Source: an uncultured Actinomycetota bacterium
GTDB taxonomy: Bacteria > Actinomycetota > Humimicrobiia > Humimicrobiales > Humimicrobiaceae
Assembly: GCA_964561115.1 (NCBI GenBank)
Contig: CAZLOE010000003.1
Location: 2,691 to 66,690, forward strand
DNA length: 64,000 bases
Direction: 5' to 3'
Shown here: positions 1 to 9,850 of the stretch, piece after piece
Position numbering within the stretch: the stretch's first letter is position 1
How the letters are laid out: each line of letters begins with the position of its first letter
Notes under the pieces: generated by a model
Told to the model about the DNA's origin: nothing
Database searches by the model: none
Seen by the model: the letters and a program-made list of their open reading frames with translations, nothing else
Position numbers and translations under genes: made by a program

Positions 1-105
1 AGCTGTTTGTATTTCACTGGCAGCCATTTTTTTCATTATCTCTTGAACAGCTTTATCATCGCTTAATTCTTCAGGGCTTTTTTTATCTTTGTTCTTATCC
101 ATTTT
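1..105 (-). CDS. hypothetical protein, N-terminal 35 codons only (gene continues off the left edge)
   Basis: The reverse complement of 1..105 reads ATG GAT AAG AAC... (MDKNKDKKSPEELSDDKAVQEIMKKMAASEIQTA) with no stop before the edge. It lies directly downstream of acsD in the same orientation. Confidence 0.4.
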
Positions 106-138
106 TTAGTAACACATCCCTTTTTTTTAAAATAATTA

Positions 139-1134
139 CTAAAGCAATTCCTTTATCATTTCCTTCATTATGCTGACTGCCTTCGGATGTCTCATCACCA
201 AAATATTAGAACCAGAAAGCAGCAGACTCATACATGATATTGTCTCCCAGTTTATTCCTCTTTCTTCCTGGTCACCCCACTCGGGATAATCTTTTTGACT
301 TTCTTTAACTTCTTTTACCTTCCAGATCTCAGGAGCAATATTATTTATAATCGGCATTTGAGTCATTTTATCATCCTGCATCAGCGCAGCTATTTTAAGT
401 CTCTCCATAGCAGAATAGCAGTATTCTAATCCATATCCCAGACCTGAACTTGCAGGGTCCATGACTATCCTGTCCGAAGATAATCCTAACTGGGTAAGTA
501 ATATGTTTAACTGCTTTGCAATATTTACATCAAGAGAGTTTACTGCCGCTAAATTATTGTTATAACCCATCGCTGCAGCCGCCGTGGTCTTATAATTGTC
601 CTCTTCCACCCAGCCCATTAAAATATTACTGTCTTTATTTTTTTCAGAGACTTTTTTCATCACCTCGGCGATTTTTTCCAGCGGGCCGGCTCCGTATACT
701 ATTAAAGGTTTTTCAATAGATTCCCTTACATTCTTGGATAGTTCAGCAGCATCTTCAGGGCTCATATCACCTTCATCAGGATTTATGCTGCTAAGATTTA
801 AGCATATGGCGTCAGCACCGTACTTACTGATACTTTTTTGGGCCCATTTTACAGGATCGTTAAAAACATCATCATAGTATTTGCTGACGGTCTCCGGCCA
901 ACCTTCAGGTTTCCTGTCATAGACCTCTATAGCAATTATGGGACTATTTGGTATCTCACCCTCAAAGACATAAAAGGGTAGAGCAGTATCTCCACCGACC
1001 TTAGTTTCCGTATCCCCTTTACCCAATTTAACTATATTTATTTTTCCGTTATATATGTTTTTCGGAACTTGAAAACTCAACCTTTCTCCACCTCTCTTCC
1101 GGTTAATAATTTTTGCCTGTCCAGGTAATATCAA
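139..1134 (-). CDS. acsD: CO dehydrogenase/acetyl-CoA synthase delta subunit (corrinoid Fe-S protein small subunit, TIM-barrel)
   Basis: 331 aa. The motifs GGDTALPF..FEGE, KWAQKSISKYGADAICLNL, NILMGWVEEDNYKT and VMDPASSGLGYGLEYCYSAMERLK match the AcsD/CdhD family. Confidence 0.8.
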   Translation of the reverse strand: MILPGQAKIINRKRGGERLSFQVPKNIYNGKINIVKLGKGDTETKVGGDTALPFYVFEGEIPNSPIIAIEVYDRKPEGWPETVSKYYDDVFNDPVKWAQKSISKYGADAICLNLSSINPDEGDMSPEDAAELSKNVRESIEKPLIVYGAGPLEKIAEVMKKVSEKNKDSNILMGWVEEDNYKTTAAAAMGYNNNLAAVNSLDVNIAKQLNILLTQLGLSSDRIVMDPASSGLGYGLEYCYSAMERLKIAALMQDDKMTQMPIINNIAPEIWKVKEVKESQKDYPEWGDQEERGINWETISCMSLLLSGSNILVMRHPKAVSIMKEMIKELL

Positions 1135-1345
1135 CCCAAAACAAATAATAATCTAACACATTTTATCATTTTCAATATAAAACTCCAGGTTATTTTAAAA
1201 TTTTTACGGGTCAAATAAATATTTAAAGATTTAAAATTAAACATTTGTGCATAAAGTGAACAATTTTCTATATTATATATTAAGACTTTCAAATTTCAAG
1301 TTATAAAACCAAGATTGTTTTCAGATTATGACCAGATTTTAAAGG

Positions 1346-2101
1346 CTAAAGTTTAAGTTTTTCTGTTATCTCTTTTGCCTGTTTTAGTGACAGGCTGTTC
1401 TTTGGGATATCAAATATGGACTTGCCGTCAATATCCATTTCATAAATGTTATCATCTATGTTTATGACGCCGAGCAGGTCAAGCTTATTTTCATCTATAT
1501 AATTTTTAAGCCTGTCGTCTAACTCTCCATCGATCCTGCATACTATCAGAAATATTTTTCCCGCATTGACATTTAATTCTCCTGCCAGATCCCTTATCCT
1601 TGAAGCAGTAAGTATCCCTTTTGGAGAAGGATCTGAGGTTATAAGGAGATAATCAACATCGCTTGTCGTCTTCCTGCTTAAGTGTTCCATACCTGCTTCG
1701 TTGTCCATAACGATATAATCATAATTGTCCTGAAGTACATCTATATATTTTTTAAAAAGATTATTAGCATAACAATAACAGCCGGGACCTTCTCCTCTTC
1801 CCATTACCAGCAGGTCAAATACTTTACCCTCGATTAGCGACTGGTGTATGTTCATCTCCACCATTTGATCCTTGTAAACACCCCCGGTCATCCGGGGTGC
1901 CTTTTTCTTAAAATCTTCCCTTATCATACCTATAGTATTTGAGACACTTACTCCCAGTAATTCATTTAGATTTGAATTGGGATCGGCATCCAGCGCCAGG
2001 ACAGAGCCTTTATTTTTTTCAACCAGGCTTCTTATAATAAGGCTCGCTGTAGTGGTCTTGCCCGTTCCGCCCTTACCGGCTAATGCTATCTTCATACTCA
2101 T
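1346..2101 (-). CDS. cooC: CO dehydrogenase nickel-insertion ATPase CooC/AcsF (MinD/ParA family)
   Basis: 251 aa. It has the deviant Walker A GKGGTGKTT near the N-terminus and lies between RACo and acsD. Confidence 0.8.
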   Translation of the reverse strand: MSMKIALAGKGGTGKTTTASLIIRSLVEKNKGSVLALDADPNSNLNELLGVSVSNTIGMIREDFKKKAPRMTGGVYKDQMVEMNIHQSLIEGKVFDLLVMGRGEGPGCYCYANNLFKKYIDVLQDNYDYIVMDNEAGMEHLSRKTTSDVDYLLITSDPSPKGILTASRIRDLAGELNVNAGKIFLIVCRIDGELDDRLKNYIDENKLDLLGVINIDDNIYEMDIDGKSIFDIPKNSLSLKQAKEITEKLKL

Positions 2102-2117
2102 TTATATTAAAACCTCT

Positions 2118-4070
2118 CTATTTAGCTCCTCTTTTTTTCTTACCCTTAAGTGAATAGATACTTTCCTCTACTGTTGGAAAATCCTTCATATCAGTGTAGG
2201 GAAGAAATAGGCCCGCCACATATCTTTCCATAAATTTCATATTTACGCTTAATTCAATATATGTGATATGCTCTGCTATTTTAGAGCTCTTTCTGTATTT
2301 ATTCTCAGAAAGCAGGCTCAGGTAAGCTCCTGTCACTGAAGTATTTCCCATAAAAAAATATTTATTGATATCTATATCGGGCAGCATTCCGATTACTACC
2401 GCATTTCTAATGTTAAGATGTTTTCCAAGCCCGCCTGCTATGTATATTTTCTTAAGGTCATATATGCTAAGGTCTACTTCTTCGAGGAGGGTTTTGACTC
2501 CGGCATAAATAGCCGCTTTTGCCCTGATCAAATTATTAATATCAACCTCACTTATATATATATCTTTTTTAGTTGCACTGTCACTGGCATTTACCAGCAC
2601 ATACTGACAATCACGTTCGACACATCTAAGGTATCGGTTTCCTATGTCCTTATTAAATTTACCCTTCCTGTCAATCACTCCCTTGAGGTATATCTCTCCT
2701 ATCATATCGATCAGCCCTGAGCCGCATATACCCCTGGGCTTGCCTCCGCCTATTACTCCTACCTTGCATTTATATGTCTTCTGGTCGATCGACACCCTTT
2801 CTATTGCTCCATCTACTGCTCTGATCCCGCATTTTACCCCTCCTCCTTCAAAAGCAGGACCCGCAGAACAGGAGCAACCCATCATCCATTCGGAGTTTCC
2901 CACTACCAGTTCACCGTTGGTTCCCAGATCCAAAAAAAGGGACAGTTCTTTATCCTCATACATCCCGGTTGCCAGAATACCTGATGATATATCCCCACCA
3001 AGATAACTTGCCACTCCCTGTATGCTGTAAACGTGAGCATTCTTTATATGTTTTATACCGATCTCTTTTGCAGTGGAATTTGAAAATTTATTGGCCACCG
3101 TGACATACGGCTCTTCTCTTATATATCTGGGAGGCACCCCGTAAAAAAGATGCATCATAGTAGAGTTACCTGAGACCATCACAGAGACAATACTGTCTAC
3201 ATCTACATTTGAACCTGCCAGCAGCTTTAAAATCAAATCATTGATTGAATCTAATATTACCTCTCTTAATTTAGCGAGACCGCCCTTTTTATTTGCATAT
3301 ACTATTCTGTTTATAATATCTTCGCCAAATCTTATCTGAGGATTGTATTCAGATTCTGAGCTGATTATTTTTCCATCAGCCAGATCTACCAGATATATTA
3401 CCAGCGATGTGGTTCCTATATCCAGTGCCAGACCGTAGCTTTTTTTGCCTGAACTGCCTGGCTGGATGTCTATAAGGGTGCTGTTTTCCTTATCCACAAT
3501 GACTGTGACCTTCCAATCCTTCTCTCTTAAAACCTGGGGCAGCTGCCTTATTATATGAATGGGTGCAGTACAATTTTCTATGCCCAGGTTTTCCCTGATG
3601 CTTTTCTTTAATCTGAACAGATCACTGGTCCCGTAACTTAGTGAAGGCTTCCTGATAGACATGGTCTCTTTTTTTATCCAGGGTTTTATTTCAACAGATA
3701 AAAATTCATCGCTGCTTATTCCGGAATATGATTTAGAATCGATATCGGCAAATCTCCCCTTTTCTATTTTAGCCTTTTCTTTTTTCTGCTTTGGTATCTC
3801 AACTATTATGTCACTCTGTACCTGGGACAGACATGAGAGCACAAAACCCGCCTTTTTTTGCTTCGGAGATATGAACTTGGATCTCTTGGTACTTACTTTG
3901 CCTTCTTTTATGCACACCTTACATCTTCCGCAGGTCCCTACACCTCCGCATGACGAATCGATATGGATCCCGCTGTCAAGTATAGCCTGCTTCAGATTAT
4001 AATTTTGGGGGACTTTTATGGATTTGCCGCTTGGAATGAACTTTATCAAATATTTTTTTGGGTTGTTCAT
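2118..4070 (-). CDS. corrinoid activation/regeneration protein (RACo/AcsV): N-terminal 2Fe-2S ferredoxin domain plus ASKHA ATPase domain
   Basis: 650 aa. An N-terminal plant-type ferredoxin Cys cluster (SSCGGVGTCGRCKV) is followed by a large acetate/sugar-kinase-like domain. It sits beside cooC and acsD. Confidence 0.75.
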   Translation of the reverse strand: MNNPKKYLIKFIPSGKSIKVPQNYNLKQAILDSGIHIDSSCGGVGTCGRCKVCIKEGKVSTKRSKFISPKQKKAGFVLSCLSQVQSDIIVEIPKQKKEKAKIEKGRFADIDSKSYSGISSDEFLSVEIKPWIKKETMSIRKPSLSYGTSDLFRLKKSIRENLGIENCTAPIHIIRQLPQVLREKDWKVTVIVDKENSTLIDIQPGSSGKKSYGLALDIGTTSLVIYLVDLADGKIISSESEYNPQIRFGEDIINRIVYANKKGGLAKLREVILDSINDLILKLLAGSNVDVDSIVSVMVSGNSTMMHLFYGVPPRYIREEPYVTVANKFSNSTAKEIGIKHIKNAHVYSIQGVASYLGGDISSGILATGMYEDKELSLFLDLGTNGELVVGNSEWMMGCSCSAGPAFEGGGVKCGIRAVDGAIERVSIDQKTYKCKVGVIGGGKPRGICGSGLIDMIGEIYLKGVIDRKGKFNKDIGNRYLRCVERDCQYVLVNASDSATKKDIYISEVDINNLIRAKAAIYAGVKTLLEEVDLSIYDLKKIYIAGGLGKHLNIRNAVVIGMLPDIDINKYFFMGNTSVTGAYLSLLSENKYRKSSKIAEHITYIELSVNMKFMERYVAGLFLPYTDMKDFPTVEESIYSLKGKKKRGAK

Positions 4071-4130
4071 TATTAAAAATAGTTAAAAATTAAAACAAAA
4101 ACCACCAATTTTAGAAATTATATTATATGC

Positions 4131-4185
4131 GCTTTTAAAAAGCAAAATGGAAAGACAGTTCTTAGAAATCCTGCCTTTCCATTTT
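4131..4185 (-). terminator. putative intrinsic terminator downstream of the lipoprotein gene
   Basis: An 11-bp stem (AAAATGGAAAG/CTTTCCATTTT, 4144-4154 and 4175-4185) is followed on the minus strand by GCTTTTTAAAAG. Confidence 0.35.
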
Positions 4186-4261
4186 ATTTATATCTCTATT
4201 TTTATTTATTCACCTTACATATCAATATTACCTGATTCCACTTATCTGGTTACCCCAAGAT

Positions 4262-4837
4262 TTATTGCTTGGGACCCACATCAAGACTTAGTGTAGTCTC
4301 ACCCTCGTACTCCGAGACTATAACAGATACCTCCAGGGTGCCGTCATTTGCTGTGACATAATAATATTTGTCACCATTGCTTGTGGTTGTTGAGTTATAG
4401 TCAATAGTCCAGCCCGCAGTAGGAAATTGGTACATATACCAATCATACACTTTCTTTCCCGGGTCAGCGGTCTCAAAACCTACCATAAAATATTTGTTAC
4501 CATCCTCTTCCCAGGTCATGGTAGATGTAGGTGTCATATCAGGATATAAGGGAACAACCTTCGGGAATCCCTCAGGCAGTTCTGTACTTAATCCCCAGGA
4601 TGTCTCGCCTTCCTCTGTAGTAATGGTGACCTCATCTCCTGATATATCTACTTCGGCCTGACCGCCTTCACCTTCAATACCCTCTTCTATCGCCGATTCT
4701 ATTGCCTCCTCTGAAATTGATTCTGCGATCCTTTCTCCTACTTTAGAACATCCGCCGGCAGATAATAACAGAAAGGCCGCCAAACTCATTATCAATACCA
4801 GCATTATTGTTTTTTTCATCATAGATCTCCTTGCCAT
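4262..4837 (-). CDS. acidic secreted lipoprotein, function unknown
   Basis: 191 aa. It has a signal peptide and an LSAGGC lipobox, then a Glu-rich region. Confidence 0.7.
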   Translation of the reverse strand: MARRSMMKKTIMLVLIMSLAAFLLLSAGGCSKVGERIAESISEEAIESAIEEGIEGEGGQAEVDISGDEVTITTEEGETSWGLSTELPEGFPKVVPLYPDMTPTSTMTWEEDGNKYFMVGFETADPGKKVYDWYMYQFPTAGWTIDYNSTTTSNGDKYYYVTANDGTLEVSVIVSEYEGETTLSLDVGPKQ

Positions 4838-4949
4838 TAATAGTTATTATTAAGACCACCTCTAATTTTACTAAATTAATATATTTTATAAAACCTCAAC
4901 CTTAGAAAAAACAACAAAATCAAATAAAATTTCCTGGCAAAAAAAGTTT

Positions 4950-6767
4950 TTAATTCTGCCTGTCAATATCTAATTTATAAAAACTCATAAAAGCTTCGCC
5001 CGGTATCTCAACTCTTCCTATCTTTTTCATTCTCTTTTTCCCTGCCTTCTGCTTTTGAAGCACCTTTCTTTTTCTTGTCACATCTCCGCCGTAAAGCCCT
5101 GAAGTGACATCCTTTCTATATGGAGCGACCCTCTCCTTGGCAATCACTCTCTTGCCAATTGCCGCCTGTATTGCTACTTCAAAATTATGCCTTGGTATCA
5201 ACTTCCTTAATTTCTGAGTTATTTCCCTTCCCAGATAGTAGGATTTGTCCTTATGGACTATAATGGAAAGTTCATCGACTTTTTCTCCGGCTACCAGTAT
5301 ATCCAGCTTCACCAGTTCAGAAGGCCTGTATTCAAGAAACCCATAATCCAGTGAGGCAAATCCGGAAGTCACTGACTTCAGCAGATTAAAAAAATCTACA
5401 ATTATCTCAGAAAGCGGTACAGCGTATTTTATCTCGACTCTTTCCAGCGAGATATACTGCATATCCTTGAAACTGCCCCTTTTCTGATTTACCAGCTTCA
5501 TTACTTCTCCGATATAATCCTTGGGGGTGATTATGGTAGCTTCTACATACGGCTCTTCTATTTTTAATATTTTTTCCTGAACAGGAAAATCAGAAGGCCT
5601 CTTTACCTCTATTACCGAATTATCACTCTTTGTTATTCTGTAAACTACGGTAGGGGCTGATGTCAGCAGCTTAAGACCATATTCTCTCTCAAGCCTTTCT
5701 TTTATGATTTCCATATGAAGCAGTCCTAAAAAGCCGCATCTAAAACCAAAACCAAGGGCACTGGATACTTCAGGGACAAAATCCAGAGAAGAATCGCTCA
5801 GTGAAAGTTTACCCAGAGCATCTTTCAGATTCTCGTAATCCCCTCCCTCAAGAACAAACAGGCCGGAGTAGACCATTGGTTTGGGTTTTCTATAACCCGG
5901 GAGGTTTACTGCAGCAGGATCTTTTTTAGAAGTAACAGTATCGCCGACCATAATATTCCCTACTTCCTTGATCCCTGTAATAATATATCCTACTTCACCC
6001 GCGGCAAGGATTTCTTTTTTTATCATATCGGGCCCGAATATTCCCACTTCCTCGACTTCACTATCAAAGCCTTCTCCCATAAATTTGATCCTATCACCCA
6101 TTTTTATGCATCCGTTTACCACTCTTATAAGCACTACCACGCCCCTGTAAGAATTATACTGGGAATCAAAGATCAATGCCTGAAGCGGGTCATCGGGGTT
6201 TCCTTCCGGATGTGGTATATCGCTCACTATTCTTTCCAGTATTCCCCCGATTCCAAAGCCGGTCTTTGCGCTGACTCTAAGTATTTTTTCTTCCTTAATA
6301 CCGAGGACGCTTCCCAGTTCCATTGAGACCTCATCAATCCTTGCACTTTTAAGGTCAATCTTGTTTATGACCGGAATGATCTCCAGATCATTATCAACTG
6401 CCATATAAACATTGGCAAGAGTCTGCGCCTGTATCCCCTGGGTAGCATCAACCACCAGTATGGCACCTTCACAGGCAGCCAGGCTCCTGGAAACTTCATA
6501 GCTGAAATCAACATGGCCGGGCGTATCTATCAGGTTAAATATATACTGCCTGCCGTCTGTCCCACTGTTATAAAGGACCCTGACCGAATGAGCCTTTATG
6601 GTAATACCCCTCTCTCTTTCAAGCTCCATATCATCCAGGAATTGATCCAGCATCTCTCTACGGCTTACCGTTTCAGTTATCTCTAAAACCCTATCAGCCA
6701 ACGTAGATTTGCCATGGTCTATATGAGCGATTATTGAAAAATTTCTTATTAATTTGTTATCCGTCAT
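4950..6767 (-). CDS. lepA: translation elongation factor 4 (LepA)
   Basis: 605 aa. GTPase G1 AHIDHGKST, DTPGHVDF, and the length typical of LepA. Confidence 0.95.
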   Translation of the reverse strand: MTDNKLIRNFSIIAHIDHGKSTLADRVLEITETVSRREMLDQFLDDMELERERGITIKAHSVRVLYNSGTDGRQYIFNLIDTPGHVDFSYEVSRSLAACEGAILVVDATQGIQAQTLANVYMAVDNDLEIIPVINKIDLKSARIDEVSMELGSVLGIKEEKILRVSAKTGFGIGGILERIVSDIPHPEGNPDDPLQALIFDSQYNSYRGVVVLIRVVNGCIKMGDRIKFMGEGFDSEVEEVGIFGPDMIKKEILAAGEVGYIITGIKEVGNIMVGDTVTSKKDPAAVNLPGYRKPKPMVYSGLFVLEGGDYENLKDALGKLSLSDSSLDFVPEVSSALGFGFRCGFLGLLHMEIIKERLEREYGLKLLTSAPTVVYRITKSDNSVIEVKRPSDFPVQEKILKIEEPYVEATIITPKDYIGEVMKLVNQKRGSFKDMQYISLERVEIKYAVPLSEIIVDFFNLLKSVTSGFASLDYGFLEYRPSELVKLDILVAGEKVDELSIIVHKDKSYYLGREITQKLRKLIPRHNFEVAIQAAIGKRVIAKERVAPYRKDVTSGLYGGDVTRKRKVLQKQKAGKKRMKKIGRVEIPGEAFMSFYKLDIDRQN

Positions 6768-6796
6768 AAAATAATAAAATAACTTATTTTAAAAGC

Positions 6797-8371
6797 TTAT
6801 TTATTCTTTCTGAATTTTTTAAATAAATTTACTACAAATTTTATCTCTTCCATTTTAAATAAAAATGTGCAGGCTATATAAATACCGGCACTGACAATAA
6901 TTGCCGAAAGCAAGAGCAGTATAAGCGGCCACAGACCCTGATAGGCATAAGCTTCAAGCCACTCCCATAAAAAATACAGTACAGCACTCATCACAGCCAC
7001 TGCAGCAAGGATCTTGCCGTATGATACAAATATCCTCCTCCCCCCGAAACTTCCGATCTTTTTTCTCAGTATGATTATCAGGATCACCACATTACACAGT
7101 GCGACCAGAGTTGTGGAAAGAGCAAGCCCGCTTACATCCATATATTTTATCAAAACCCAGTCAAGAATAAGGTTGACGACTATTGAGATACTTGCGACCT
7201 TAAGAGGCGTTTTTACATTTTTAAATGCATAGAAGACTCTGTTTAGGATCATAAGCAGGCCAAAGAATAAAAGACCCATGCTGTGAAATATCAAAATAAA
7301 TGCTACCTTTCTTGTATCTCCGGCAGTGAAATTATAATGCTCAAACAGGACTCTTATAATAGGATAGCTTAAGATCATCATACCTGCAGCTGCCGGAATC
7401 ATTATATATCCTATTCCCCTGATACCCAGGGAAAAGCTTTCTTTTATCCCCCTGACATCGTCACCGGCTGCCTGCCTGGATATTAAAGGATACAGCACGG
7501 TCACAATTGCTACGGTAAACACACCGAGCGGCAGATTTGCGACTCTCCATGATAAGGTCAGAGCAGTGGTATTTCCACCTCCAAGATTTAATGCAAAAAA
7601 ATTATCCACACTGTTATTCAGTTGTACCGCACCTAAACTTAAAAGGATGGGCAGCATAAGAGAAAATATTTCTCTTACTCCTTTATGTTTGAAATCGATC
7701 TTAAACCTGTATTTTAAAGGTGATGCTCTAAGCTGGGGTATCTGTATTATAAGATGGAATATTGATCCTATCATTACACCGACAGCCATACTGTATATAC
7801 CCATACGGTTAAAAAGTAAGACCACAAAACCTATGGTAATTATATTCATCACAAAAGGAGCAATCGAGGGTATGGTAAAAATATTATGTGAGTTTAATAT
7901 TCCCGTAGCCAGTCCGGACATAGACAGCAGAACGAGGGAGAATATCATAATTCTATTCATGACTATAAATTTATATACATCCATCTGGTTATTTGCAATT
8001 CTTGTAAGAATAGAACCTATTTCAGGAGAAAAAATAAATATAACAATAGAGATGACAAAAAAAACTACTGCCATTATATTTATGACCGAATTTACAAAAA
8101 TCCTTAAATCATTTTTCCTGTCATTCTTCAAATATGCAGAATAAATGGGTATAAACGCTGCGACTATCAGACTTTCTGCAATTAGTATCCTGAAAAGATT
8201 GGGAATAAAATAAGCCCAGGTAAAAGCATCAGTCTCATAGGTGATGCCAAAATAGCCAGCCATTATCTGATCTCTTACCAGTCCGGATATTTTTGAAAGC
8301 AGAATAGCTATTACCACCATGAATGTGGCACTAAAAATCCTTTTTCTTGACAGTAAATAGTCTTCATCCAT
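6797..8371 (-). CDS. murJ: lipid II flippase MurJ/MviN
   Basis: 524 aa polytopic membrane protein with a MurJ-like N-terminus (KISGLVRDQIMAGYFG). Confidence 0.85.
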   Translation of the reverse strand: MDEDYLLSRKRIFSATFMVVIAILLSKISGLVRDQIMAGYFGITYETDAFTWAYFIPNLFRILIAESLIVAAFIPIYSAYLKNDRKNDLRIFVNSVINIMAVVFFVISIVIFIFSPEIGSILTRIANNQMDVYKFIVMNRIMIFSLVLLSMSGLATGILNSHNIFTIPSIAPFVMNIITIGFVVLLFNRMGIYSMAVGVMIGSIFHLIIQIPQLRASPLKYRFKIDFKHKGVREIFSLMLPILLSLGAVQLNNSVDNFFALNLGGGNTTALTLSWRVANLPLGVFTVAIVTVLYPLISRQAAGDDVRGIKESFSLGIRGIGYIMIPAAAGMMILSYPIIRVLFEHYNFTAGDTRKVAFILIFHSMGLLFFGLLMILNRVFYAFKNVKTPLKVASISIVVNLILDWVLIKYMDVSGLALSTTLVALCNVVILIIILRKKIGSFGGRRIFVSYGKILAAVAVMSAVLYFLWEWLEAYAYQGLWPLILLLLSAIIVSAGIYIACTFLFKMEEIKFVVNLFKKFRKNK

Positions 8372-8513
8372 AATTATATTATATTACAGATGCCATTAAA
8401 AAACGTATTATATCATTTAAATAAGTGTAGTAATAAATATTTTTATTTATTTAAAAAAATGTTAAAATGTAGCCTCGTTTAAAACTGACAGACACATGAG
8501 AGGAAAAAGTTAG

Positions 8514-8789
8514 ATGCCGAATATAAAGTCACAGGAAAAAAGGGATAGACAGAACATTAAAAGAAGAGCCGGAAATAAATTGCTTAAAGCAAGAATAAAG
8601 ACCGACCAAAAAAAACTTGCTGAAGCTGTAGATAAAAAAAACCTAAAAGATGCTGAGAATAACCTAAACGCGTTTTTTAAACATCTGGATAAGGCAGTAA
8701 AAAACGGTGCAGTTCACAAGAATTTTTCAGCCAATAAAAAATCAAAAGCAGCAAAACTTGTAAACTCAATAAAAAAGCAGACGACCTAA
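8514..8789 (+). CDS. rpsT: 30S ribosomal protein S20
   Basis: 91 aa, basic. The N-terminus MPNIKSQEKRDRQNIKRRA is typical of S20. It is one of the few plus-strand genes. Confidence 0.95.
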   Translation: MPNIKSQEKRDRQNIKRRAGNKLLKARIKTDQKKLAEAVDKKNLKDAENNLNAFFKHLDKAVKNGAVHKNFSANKKSKAAKLVNSIKKQTT

Positions 8790-8798
8790 GGTCATTAT

Positions 8799-9836
8799 TC
8801 AGATACTTATATCCACAATTTCCAATACCAGCCTTTTAACCAGATTATCATCCTGACCGGCATTACTCCTAAACCTTATATCATAATCATTTAAAAGCTT
8901 GAATACTTTAATTATTTCAGCTTTTGTATAATTACTGCTCCACTTGATATATTTACTCACCAGCTTGCTGACAAAATATGGAGGGACTTTCATACTGCTC
9001 TTAATATAGTCCGTTACTGATGACCTGCCGCTTGCGGATTTAATATACAGAAAGCATTTAAACATTCTATGGACCAGGGTTACCAGTCCTATCATGCTTT
9101 GCTTTTCATCCAGCAACGGTTTTAATGCTTCAAGGCTGCCTTTCTTGTCCCGCCTGCCCAGGCAATCTACCAGGTCAAAAATTTTCATTGAGTAGACACG
9201 GCTTACTAAAAATCTGACAGCATCTTCATTAATTACTTTTTTAGTTTCTGAACCTATATAATTATAAAGTTTTTCATACTCCTTCTTAAGCAAATTCAAA
9301 TCCAGATTTACATTTTCTATTAAAAGTGATGCAGCTGAGTCGGTGAATGACACTCCATCGGATCTGGACCTTTCGCTAAGCCAGCCTTTAAGTTCGCTTC
9401 CACCTGGTGCTCTCAACTGCTTGACAGTACCGGTTTTTTTAACCAGATCCATCAGCTCGGGATTTAATTTCTGCTTTGCTGAAGTGAGAATAAAGACTAT
9501 ATCCGGACTTTGCTTATTATTTATTGAGATCAATTCCATAATTTTCTTCCGTAGCGATATGGAGACTTTCTCAATATACTTTATTACCGCTATTTTTTTA
9601 GAAGAGAATAAAGAAGGAGTGCTTATATAATTGTTAAATCCTTCCTCGTCGATCTCTTCTGCTCCGTTAAACACCTCAAAATCCGTATCAATATTGATCT
9701 TACCCTTAAGGAAATCTTCAATACTATTCAACCTGTCATCCAGCATTGAATCACTGCTGCTTATATACAGATAGCATGGCTCCAGGCTCTCCAGCCTGAT
9801 GGACTCTTTTTTTGATTTGTCATCCTTCATATTCAC
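8799..9836 (-). CDS. holA: DNA polymerase III delta subunit
   Basis: 345 aa. It lies between comEC and rpsT, the conserved Firmicute position, and has delta-like N-terminal motifs. Confidence 0.65.
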   Translation of the reverse strand: MNMKDDKSKKESIRLESLEPCYLYISSSDSMLDDRLNSIEDFLKGKINIDTDFEVFNGAEEIDEEGFNNYISTPSLFSSKKIAVIKYIEKVSISLRKKIMELISINNKQSPDIVFILTSAKQKLNPELMDLVKKTGTVKQLRAPGGSELKGWLSERSRSDGVSFTDSAASLLIENVNLDLNLLKKEYEKLYNYIGSETKKVINEDAVRFLVSRVYSMKIFDLVDCLGRRDKKGSLEALKPLLDEKQSMIGLVTLVHRMFKCFLYIKSASGRSSVTDYIKSSMKVPPYFVSKLVSKYIKWSSNYTKAEIIKVFKLLNDYDIRFRSNAGQDDNLVKRLVLEIVDISI

Positions 9837-9850
9837 TATATCAAGCTATA

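Noticed and set aside
7566-8144. Numerous plus-strand ORFs of 60-190 aa antisense to well-supported minus-strand genes (e.g. 7566-8144, 22582-23151, 40800-41273, 42346-42897)
   Set aside because: They are low-complexity Ser/Leu/Pro-rich translations embedded in conserved genes on the other strand. They lack RBSs and recognisable domains.
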